Source: Gekko japonicus (taxonomy: Eukaryota). From it: a stretch of DNA of 64,000 nucleotides. Shown here piece by piece: positions 36,311 to 46,999 of this stretch. The notes under the pieces were generated by a model. It made no database searches. It had not been told where the DNA came from and saw nothing but the letters and a program-made list of their open reading frames with translations. The stretch is taken from the NCBI RefSeq assembly GCF_001447785.1, contig NW_015160218.1:149262-213261 (forward strand), in the 5' to 3' direction. The position numbers were made by a program, and so were the translations under genes. Within the stretch, counting starts at the first letter, position 1; every line of letters begins with the position of its first letter.

Positions 36311-38212
36311 TTTAAAAATAGATTTTATTGTTTTTCCATACTACACACTACATCTATAGGTTGGGGGAGGGATACTAAGACCCTAACACTATGACTATGG
36401 GAGATGGGAGAAAGGACAAACTAATACATACAACTACTTGATGGGGAAAGGAAACTACCATTCTAAAATACTTCATCTACTGGATTTGGGGGAAGGGACA
36501 AGACCAATACATGTCACGGTCTGGTTAACTTGAAGTAAAGCTTATTAACCTAGTATTACAAGTTTCGTATAAAAGTTGGTTCATTAAGTGTTACCTTAAG
36601 AATACACATTTAATAGCTTAGCACAAATACTGCCTTTAAAACTGTTGTCTTAGTTCTAGAGTCTTCTTCTTGCGTTTTTTCATTTTCTGGAGTTTGGGGG
36701 CTGCTTCTCCTTTCTCCAATTCCGATGACTCTGATGAGGTGCAACTAATGCTTGTTAAATCCTGTGAGTAGGATTCTTCTTCTTCTTCCTCCTGATCTGG
36801 TTTTAAGTTCTTTTCTTTCTTCTTATATTTTGAGTTGAACATTTGATCCATAATTTTTTCCGCTTTTGGAACAGAGTCAATTTTGTATTTTTTGTCCTGA
36901 TAATTGAAGCTCAGCCCTTCCAGGAATAGCCATCTATATAGTATTTCCTCTTCTTCTTTTTTTGCAGAGTAAGAGTAAGCATCCTGTAGAGTTTCCTCCG
37001 TTTTCTGACTTCAAAAGGGATGTATTTCAAAAATTTAACCTCTTCATTCTTGATTTTTAAGGATTTTCCCATTGTTGATTTTAACACCAGTTCTCTGGTA
37101 GATCGTTTCTTGAACTTTAGATAAGTTTCCCCTGGGAGTTTATTTTTCTTTATAAAGTCCGGATAAGTCCTATAAGCCATGTCCATCTCTTTCAATAAGT
37201 CTTCTTGTCTGTAATCCATTAATGGACCCAAGGCATCCGCCAAAAATTCTTTTAAATCTTCCTTCTTCTCTTCAGGGATCCCGTGGAAACGTAGAACATA
37301 CATGGATTTTTCCAGCTGGAGCTGAATTAGTTGTGTTTGGTTGGAGGATCTTTCCTTCTCTGCTTCATCTACTCTTTTATTAACACTCTCAGTATGTTTT
37401 TCCATTTTTTCAACGTTTCCTTGGTTGCTGAGGTTCTTTTATCCATTTGATTCAATTGTTTTTGAACATTGTCCAGTTTAGTGTTGAGGTTAGTCATCTG
37501 ATCCATTAGGGGACGCAGTGCATTTGCTAACAGTGAAGAAAAGTCTGTAGTTCCTGGTTCTGGGAAGAAGTCGTTGGTATGTTATTTCCAGTCACCAGTT
37601 TTTTCTCTGGCACCCACCTTCCTCTCCCAGCCATAATATCAACAAGAAGTAAGATTTCCAAAGCAAGACAAAAGTTACACGATTTAAATCCGCTTTGTAT
37701 AAATAGGCAGTTTTTGCGTTCGCTTAACTTCTTATGTGCTTGTTTTAGCTCAAAGGCTTTTTATTTCCAATTTAAAACCACTTTTGAAATTTATTGGTGG
37801 TGGTACTTGAATCCCTATCCCCCCCACGCTTCAAACTTAGGCGCTTCCGATTACTACCAAGGTCCGATTCGCTTTTTCACCTGAACATTGCTTAACTCAC
37901 AGTTTGGATCCCCGGAGATCTTTTGGAAGCATTTTAAAGTTTTGATCGTGGCCGCTTGCTCCGGCAGTCGTCTCTGAGTGCCATACTGGCTCCACAGTGA
38001 TGGGATCTTTTGGGGAAAAGGTGAGCCTCAATTCCTTGGCCATCGCCTTGGAAGAGGCTCTCCTCAGCTCCCCAGGCTGGAGGTCTCCTACAGAGACCCC
38101 GGAGAGGTCCAGGACAAACTCGGACCTCTCCTGTCAGCTGGGTTTCGGCACGTCCCCATCAGAGCAAAGCGGGACATGTCCGAACAGCAAAATGCTTAAA
38201 CTGGAAGTCGTG
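36311..38212 (-). mobile_element. ORF1-only L1-derived element (HAL1-like), ~1.9 kb, complete between TSDs
   Basis: 14-bp TSD GTTTTAAATTTCTT at 36297-36310 and 38213-38226; 5' end near GACTTCCAG with CpG-containing 5'UTR; L1 ORF1p-like coding sequence; AATAAA and short A tail; no ORF2. Confidence 0.8.
36636..37634 (-). pseudogene. Frameshifted L1 ORF1p (coiled coil, RRM, CTD, acidic/Ser-rich tail)
   Basis: ORFs 36911-37405 (LRFHGIPEEKKEDL...RELVLK...EVRKRRK) and 36636-36851; upstream heptad-rich segment in a different frame. Confidence 0.78.
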
Positions 38213-40263
38213 GTTTTAAATTTCTTGTTGTTTCTTTCTCTCACTCAAAGTATCTATCGCTGCCACCAGGAATTTAATACCAGTCTTTAATTAACCTTTC
38301 CCACAGTATTGTGCCCAAGCTTTAAGGCTCCTTCATTAGACTATGTGGTTCGGAGGATAAGATTCTGGGTTAACAATAAACAAAATAAAATTTTATTGGT
38401 AAAAGAAGTGTATTGGTTACAAGATGTTTTGTTAAATTGCTCAGTAAAATTTTTCCCTTTTTACTCAGGTCTCTGTCAGCCCACACACTCTCAGTCATCA
38501 ACCAATCACCTCACTCACTCATCTCCCTCTTTCACTCCCCTTGTTCTACAGACACTTACCAACCATTTAAAGAAACACACACATATAACTTGAAATCATT
38601 ACACATGGTTTGCAACGTACCAACTTTTTATGACCCCATCCCCCATTCTCAAAATTTCAGAAGTGTCCACAGTTTGGGGATCCCAGTTAGACAGGGAATG
38701 GGGAACTGGATTTCACATGCGCACTTGGGCTACAAAGTTCACTCGGTGACCTTTTTGTGGTTATTCTCTCAGGATTACAGGTTGGCTGTTAAGAAGAAAT
38801 GGGATAATCCCATCCATGTATGTCACACAAAGCTCTTTGGAGGCAAAGCAGGTTTACCTGTGAGCCTCATAAATGACTAGAATTTGAATCCAAGTTTTTC
38901 AGGACCAACATGCAATCTACTACACTCTACTGCCTCTCCATTATGCTACATTTATGTTTGACTCTATAATAATACACATTTATCAACCTAATTTGAAAAT
39001 ATAGATTTATTTGAATGAATGATGTTAGAAGAGGCTGGAAATTTGTAGCAAGACACAATGGGAGAGTCTCATTCTTCCCATTTTGGGAGAAGACTTACTG
39101 TGGGAGTCCATTGGGGGGGGGAGAAGAAGAAGAAGTGGATTTATACCCAGTTGTCATTCTAGTAGAGAACTGTTTCCAACTGAAATATGGCTAAAATATA
39201 GCCACAACGTCTAAATATTGACTCATTATCTGACTAGGCAAACATTCTGACTTCATTTTCTTTTGCCAGGTTAGACTGATTTTAAAAACATGGCATAATC
39301 TAAATATTTCAATGAACCTTTTCACATACTACATAACTTACTGAAATGGACTGTTTCCAGTAGTTTAGCACCTAGGTAACTATGAATAAACACATCCACA
39401 TGGTACAAGGAGAACACAATTTGGTATGTATTTTAAAAGGAAGTTCAGATGTTTACCCTTCCAGTAGTTCAGAACAGCATTAATGACCTCATCAGCACTA
39501 GGCATCCTCTGGGAAATTAATAATCATACTAGGTTTAATGGCCCGGGCCAGTGAACTCTTCCAAGCAGTCATTTAATGTGCCTTGATTATTATTGCTTCA
39601 TTACTGAATACAGGATGAAATCTTCTCGGTATAGGAAATAAGCACTCCTTTGGTTCATACTTAACAACTTTAATACATCCTTGTGGAAATAAAACTTCCA
39701 AATGTAGAGTAAAAAAATCCATATATAAAATAGTTGCTGTTCAGAGCCTTTCTTACCATCACTGAGTAGCAAGACAGTCTTCTAAGCAGCAATATTTTCA
39801 GCGGATGTTTCATCCTTGTAGAAAAGGCATAGCTGTGCACAAGCTCATTCTTGTGCAACCTTGGACAGTAATGTGAGACATTGCCATAATCTGCAGCACA
39901 TTTGATTGCTCCATGCACGATCCTATGCATGATCTCATCATAGCATCCCATCCATTATCTTATCACAGTATCAAATCTCTGTTCCACTTCTGGAGCTCAG
40001 TGGGTGAAAAGTTAGTAGAGTACCAAAGAGGTGCTAACTTTTTTACAGTGTGGGGTATTTATCTTGGACACATGCGCGCTATCTCTCCATTTCCACTATC
40101 TCAATTTCTATTTTTTTAAAAAAAATATTTTAAATGCACATCCAACTGTTCATGTACAACTGTAGAAACTTTGCTGTCTCCCTCCCCCCGGTGTTGCACA
40201 TCCCCAGCTGTTTGCCAATTGACTACCCTATCCACTAATTGCAAACAGAGCAAGAGTAGGTTC

Positions 40264-40725
40264 AGATTACCAGGAGCCATGAAGTAACTGTCGAATACGT
40301 TCCCACATGTCATGTTGGAAGGCTGTTGTGTGTAGCATTACCATTCCTTTGAAAGCCCATAAGAGATCTGGAGTACTCAAAAGGTGACAAATAGACTTAC
40401 TGCAAAAACAGAGATTACTGAGATCTGGGCATTGTTTGCATGGTGTGATGTGTCAAAGGAACCGTGTGGGTGGAAGCCTTGCCATGGACCTAGAAGATTA
40501 CCAGGATCCATGAAGTAACTGTCGATTACGTTCCCACATGTCATGCTGGGAGGCTGTTGTGTGTAGCATTATTATTCCTTTGACAGCCCATAAGTGATTT
40601 GGAGTACTCCAAGGGTGACAAATAGGCTTACTGCAAAAACAGAGATTACAGAGATCTGGGCATTGTTTGCATGGTATGATGTGTCAAAGGAACTGTGTGG
40701 GTGGAAGCCTTGCCATGGACCTAGA
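40264..40725. repeat. Tandem duplication, 2 x 231 bp
   Basis: Units 40264-40494 and 40495-40725; about 15 substitutions and no indels by eye. Confidence 0.95.
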
Positions 40726-41023
40726 CTATGGAAGCAGCTGCCACCCTCGCCGGTTTGTTTGCATGGAAAGAGGATTACAGACTAGTGAATCTCCATATGG
40801 CACTGCTGCCTTACAGTAAACCTGAGCCTTGAATGTGAAAGCATCATCAGCCTTCTAGTGAATGAGCTCACTTGCACAGCAAACTGCCAACAATAATGAA
40901 ACTCTCTGATAACATGCAAAGCTTCAGCTAGGCCAGTGAGCCTTCTAATATTGTCCTTCTCCTGATTTTCTCCCAAGATTTTGAAAATGAAAATCCCTGG
41001 ACAGAAGGCTTAACTATTGAACC

Positions 41024-41386
41024 TAAGGTTGCCAAGTCTTATCTTTGTCCCGGGGGGAGGGGGCTCCTGGGATTTTCTTGTTTGCATGCAAAGCACGTAT
41101 GTTGCAATGACATCACCCAGACGTCATTGCACCAGGTATGTTGTTCAGGGGACCCTCTAGCATTTGGGTTAAAAACTCTGTGGTCACCATACAGTGTTTA
41201 CCCAAATACTAGAGTATCCCCTGCGTGATGTGCTCAGTGTAATGATGCCACTTCCGGGTGATGTTGCCATGCCATGCACATCAGACATGATGGGGCTCTT
41301 CAGTGGTGGGGCTCCTCCACTGGCCAGCTGTGGATTGGGACCCCCCAAAAGTGGGGGAAACCCACCCCCATTGGGGTTCAACCCTA
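41024..41386. mobile_element. hAT MITE (TAGGGTTGCCA family)
   Basis: Degenerate TIRs; TSD ATTGAACC/GTTGAACA. Confidence 0.7.
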
Positions 41387-42444
41387 GTTGAACATGTTTA
41401 ATTTGGTATTGTGACTATGACCTCAATCCCATGAGCACTTTCCTGGGAGTAAGCCCCACTGAATAAAATAAGGCTTACTTCTGAATGGGCCTACTTAGGA
41501 TTGCTTCCTATTTCATTAGAGTTACTCTTGGAAGCACACTGTGTTCATACCAAGCAGTCTGAACAGTAATAAAGATATATATCCACACTATCAAATTAAA
41601 ATGTTCTATTATTTCCTCTGCCTGATGCACCTTGAAGACTGAATTCCAGGGGGGGGGGCATCCAGGTATGCTTGCGGTTCTAAGGGCAAGGGAGGGAGGG
41701 TGGCCGAAGAGAGAACAAACCAGAAGATAGACCGGGGTGGGGGTGGGGGAATAGGCCACAGCTTTTATGGAATACAGCTGAAGGAGCAATGGCAGAGCAT
41801 GTGGGTGGATCCAGCATTGGGTGACTTGCCTGCCATCTGATATACTCCAACTGAGGGAGAACCAACGCAGCCCAGCCAAATAGGGAAGGAAGGTAGCCCA
41901 GAACTCTGCCTCACCTCCCAGCCAGCCCACAAAAGAGCAGGGTAGCTGGCCAGGGCTGCAGCAAGGACCCCTGGCTCCTAGATGCCAGCTTGGAGCCCCC
42001 AGGAGGGCCTCCTTAGCTCCCACCCAGCCCCATGGCCGGAAACATGGTCCCAAGTAAATCCGGGGCTGTAGCTTCTGCAATCGTATCCTCAGATGGATTG
42101 GGAATCACACATGAAAAAAAGCTATCTCTCTTTTCAGTTATAGTCATGTGTACTGGCAGCCTATCAAACTTGCATGCCTGGAGCATGCACTACCTAATTC
42201 ATGCGGTCAACAAGTTGTATGAACAGGGGCAGCACGTGCATTTACCATGCTTGAATAGCCTTGATATGTGTGAGTGTGAGCCCTGAAAAACCCAGTAGCC
42301 AGTCAGTTCATGCATACTGAAGTTGCATGCACATGATAAATATGCACATAAACCCTGGTCCCATAATATGGTGACTGCGTATATTGGGAGCATCACACTC
42401 CCAGTACAGAGAGTTAAAAGGCTTCTGATTTGCATGACTGTAAG

Positions 42445-42725
42445 TTCTTGAGCCTGAATTCTCCCTAGAACCTAAAATGACCAGATTGAGGCTATTGTAC
42501 TTTGGGCACATTATGAGAAGACAAGAGTCCATGGAAAAGACAAAAGGTTAAGGCAGCAGGAAAAGAGGAAGACCCAGCATGGGATGGATTGACCCTATAA
42601 AGGAAGCCATGGCCTTCAGTTTGCAAGGCCTGAGCAAGGCCGTTAACAAAAGAACATTTTGGAGGTCATTAATTGATAGGGTTGCCACAAGTCAGAAGCA
42701 ACTTGAATGCTCTTAACACACACCC
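42445..42725 (+). mobile_element. RTE/BovB 3' fragment
   Basis: PEFSLEPKMTRLRLLYFGHIMRRQESMEK, then GSRKRGRPSMGWID. Confidence 0.85.
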
Positions 42726-43593
42726 CATCTTGAAAAGGCTTCTGGGATGCGCATTCCCCCTTTCCTAGCCAAGAGATGGAACTGTGCACATGATAGCCGT
42801 TTAAAATGTTTCAGTTCCACCCATTCAGGAGGACAGGTAGAGCAGGATTCCGCCCCCTACTCCTCCTTTCCTGCCAAGCGGCTGATAACATTTGTAAACA
42901 TTTGTAAAAAGAGTTCTTTGAGTGTAGCTCTAACTACATTCCCTCGGATCAGGGCAAGATGAATTTCGTTCTCTTTTTCTTTTCCGCCTCATAAAATACA
43001 AAAGTCCTCAAATCCTCACATGTCTGTTCTTGTCCATTTCTTTCTACCCCGATGACAGTTTTGTGCTTCACTATTTACAACTCATTTCCCTTCATTTTGT
43101 CATCTTTGCTGGCAGGGTTAGTTTTATCTGGACAAGGATTAATTTAATATATACTCAACGCTGCATCACTTGCTCACATTTGGATGGGTAATTTAGAATC
43201 TTTAGCTACTGCTCCTGAAGTCTGAAATTGCTGCAGTACATTTTCTGTCTTTGCATCATGGCTTTTAAAATCTGAATACACACACACACAAACTACATTT
43301 CTGAGATGATCATACCTTTGTTGAAGTAGAAAACATTACATATTCCCATATCTCTTTTTCTTTTTTAAACATTCTTGAAGGAATTGTTGATTTTAGTTAA
43401 AACATGACTGAACTCACACCATGGTAGACATGCCATGGTAGGTTGCTCTATTGCTACTAAAGAGAAGGAGAGGTTTCCTGTTTGCCTTGTGAACAAAGCC
43501 TAGAGCTGCCTGGGCCCCTCTGAACCAGTCAGGAGGCAAGTAGGAATCAATCAAGTAAGTAGGGAGGGGTCACCAGAGAACAGTTCAGTCTAT

Positions 43594-43871
43594 GGGTGAT
43601 TTCGGACTAGAGCTGCCTCATGGCGCAGCCCCGTTTGCCCCAACACAAACATGTTAATTTCACACCCGAGGCTGCGGGGCTGCAATTGACCCACTCCTTC
43701 GCCCGATTTCCTCCACAGTTTCATGATCCTTAAAAACCAGGATCACAAAACTGTGGAGGAAATCGGGCAAAGCCGCGAGTCAAAATGCAGCCCCGCAACC
43801 TTGGGTGTGAAATTAACATGTTTGTGTTGGGGCAAACGGGGCTGCGCCATGAGGCAGCTCTAGAATCGCCC
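43594..43871. mobile_element. Palindromic PIF/Harbinger-like MITE
   Basis: Whole element is an imperfect inverted repeat (arms ~130 bp); GGGYGATT termini; 3-bp TSD TAT. Confidence 0.8.
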
Positions 43872-45531
43872 TATATCTGAGCAGTGAGTTAGACTGAAGA
43901 GCTAGGTCATAGCTAGGAGCTGTATCAGATTAGGTGGAGCCTTATTAACTCTGTATGTGATTGACATCCTGATGGCTTGCAATGCCATCCTCTGGACATC
44001 CACAGAGACAGTGCTGAACCTGAAGAGCCAAAAGTGAACTGTTTCATTTTTATCCTGCTCTTCCTCTAAAAGAGCTCAAGGCACTAAATTTATCCTCCAT
44101 TTAATCCTCACAGCAACCCTGATAGACTCTGAGAGAGACTGAGTGGCCCAAGATCACCCTTGACTAGTATTTTGTTGGCTGAGTAGGCATTTAAACCAGG
44201 ATCTGCTCACAGTTTAACTACTGCACCACACTGTTTTCCTCCTCTGGCAAGCCGGAGCAGTAGTGCAAAGTGTGAGCTGCTTCGGTCTGAGCAACAGTTG
44301 ACATTCTCAGCACCTTCCAAGGACCTTTCTTGGTCAGTTGCAGCTCAAGGTGAAGCCGGGTAGTATAGCTAGCAAGAGCAATGCTCCCCTTGTTGTCATC
44401 ATGGGGTTTTCTCAGAAAGACTGTTCTGAAAACTTCATGTTCCTGGCTGCCATTTCTGATTACACCTGGAAGGGTTTTTTCCTGGCTCTTCCGGGCTGGT
44501 ATCTCTGGGTTCTTTTTTACCACACCTGTGTCCCATTAAAAAGAGAATGTCTACTGTATCCACTGCAGCTCTGAAGCCACAAACACTGAATTTCCTCAGA
44601 TGAAATCTGTTTCTCATTTAATATCCCCTTTCTCAGAATCCATTCTGCTGCCTACCGGTTGCATTAGCTTCCTTTGCTATAAGCAGAAGCCCACAGTTCC
44701 AGGCTGTCAACACCAGAGGTGAGGGAAGTGAAACTGCTGGATGTGAAAATTAACGTTCCCTGTGAAAATCTCATTACTGTTTCCCAGCAGTAATTAATGC
44801 ATAAACACACAGCATTTAAAAGCAGTGGAGGCTGTGATCCTAAGTGCATTTATACGGAAGAAAGATTGACTTTAATCAAAGGGGATTTATTGCTACATTA
44901 TTATCCCAATCCAAAGAACTGGGAGCTGAACAGAAGGCTGCACACCTGTTGATGCGCTTACACCTCCCAAGGTGTGATCAATCAAATCAATTCTGATAGC
45001 CCTGATCACCACTTAAGGATAGAGTGGGAGGAAAGATAAAAGGTGCCCCAGATATAGGCTTGGGTCCTATAAAGTATGAGCAGAACTATATTGCATTAAT
45101 ATAGTTTTAATTAATATCCCACCTCCTGTCTGCAGTTGACTGTGCCCCCTGAAATTAAGTGCCCATGGGCCAGACTAGGCGGTGAGAGTGGAGAATAAGC
45201 AAAATCCACCCTCCTTCTCGTCCATTTTGCTGACTACAAGCAAAAAAGAGAACTTAGTCCTTATGACCCCCCCAATAGATTCTATCCAATCTGAGAAATC
45301 TAATAATTTCATACCAACAAGAAGGAGCATCCTGCATTCCTCATGGGGATAGATGCGAATCCCCTGCCCCATTGTTTTACTTAGCTGCATTCTCTTTTGC
45401 ATTATTTTTAATATCTGTTTGCAAGCTGCTTTGGAGACCATAATCAGGGATGTACATTTCTTCACAACTTTTGCTTTATTTGTTTTAGATAAAAGCGCAT
45501 AAAACTGCTAACACTGTTTTGCTTTATACAG

Positions 45532-45628
45532 GAACATCAATTCTCTGAACGTGAAATTCCGAGAATTGTTGCTCTTCTAATGTTCGATAGAACGTTTAAG
45601 CTACAGAAACGTACAGTGTTAAAATACG
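45532..45628 (+). CDS. Candidate isolated host-gene exon, 97 bp (EHQFSEREIPRIVALLMFDRTFKLQKRTVLKY, phase 0 to phase 1)
   Basis: Branch point CTAAC; pyrimidine tract and ACAG acceptor; CG|GTAAGT donor; exactly one open frame; retained CpGs in repeat-poor AT-rich flanks; product not recognised. Confidence 0.55.
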
Positions 45629-46289
45629 GTAAGTTATTTGTTCCTTCTTGTCTCAAGATATAGTCAAAGTAAGGAGGGGTTGGAGGAGGAGGAGGGTGCT
45701 TAGACACAACATCCCGATTTATCTAGAGATGCTTTCAGAATGGCTCCAGATTGTGGAAATCTGAATTACTTTATCTTGTGTCCAAAGTAGAATTAATACC
45801 TTATGAATCCTGCATTGTTTTGAATGCTGATTTCTGAATTTTGCACATACTACTGTGCATGCACATTGTGCCATTATTTTAGTAATACACATGATCACAC
45901 TAGTAATGTATCTTAGGAGGGTACTGTAATGTTTCTGGAAATACATATTGCAGCCATCTAGTGGCAGCTCAGTTGACAAAGTGGAAAAGGATAGTGTTAC
46001 CAGGATGGCTATCTAATTTGCATCCTTGGGAGAAATTAAGCTAAACTGCAAAGGAAGCTTTCTTGCTGACTGTGATTTGCTCATCTAGGAAATTCCTTGA
46101 GCTAGTCTAGTGTAAGACTGGATGTTATTATTTTTGGGAGAAGAATAAAGAAGGCTATAACTTATCCTGACTTAATATCAACTAAAATCTTTATTATTAT
46201 TTGCTCATCTCTTCAATCTATACTATTCACTAATATTATTCCTGACCTAAAATGTGTATTCTACTGTTCACCCCTCTTCCTTTCATGAA

Positions 46290-46660
46290 GGGAGTTTGAA
46301 GAACTGAGTCAAACTGAGGGGGACAAAACATGAAATTCTAGACCTACTGGGTGAATTAAAAACCAGAAAGTCTCCAAATTCTGATGGCATATATCCAAGG
46401 GTTCTTGGGGAAGTGAAATATGAAATTGTTACTGTACTAACCAGTATATATAACTTGTTACTAAAATCAGTCACCGTACCAAAGCACAGGAGAGTAGCAA
46501 ATATTACACAGTTTGTTGTTGTTGTTGTTTTTTTAAAAAAGGGGCCCCAGAAGGAAATCATGGAATTACAGGCCAGTTCACATAATTTCTGTCCCATGAA
46601 AATTAGTAGAAGTTGTAATCAAAGATAGAATTATTGGGTATGTGAAGAAATGCATTTTTG
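46290..46660 (+). mobile_element. Old CR1 ORF2 fragment
   Basis: KSPNSDGIYPRVLGEVKYEI-like segment, followed by an NYRPVH-like motif. Confidence 0.7.
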
Positions 46661-46999
46661 GGGGTAGAGGTATGACTTGAATAAAAGCTTTACCAGGATG
46701 AAAAGTACTGGGTTTGACGCATGGAGAACTCGGACAACGACATGTGTTCAGGTGCATTTATTGTACTTCACAACAAGACAAGGAAAAACAGCCCTGCAAG
46801 GTCAACTATATACACTCCACCCAGCACACCTCTGTCCCCTTTGGAGGGTTTGAATTTCCTGCCAAGGGTGCTATTGGTGGACTCTAGGTGGACTAGGATC
46901 CTAGGTCCCCTTTGTGTTTGGAGACCAAGGTCCTGCTTAGCCACAGACCCCTGGTGGTGGTCCACATACCCCTCCCCCCTTAGTTCCAATTCAACCTAT

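Noticed and set aside
38310-38671. Possible additional solo LTR
   Set aside because: Composition is LTR-like, but boundaries and TSD (GTAT/GTTT) are too weak to call
41508-42080. 190-aa ORF
   Set aside because: It overlaps a non-coding repeat remnant related to ~10500-10800; no protein-like features
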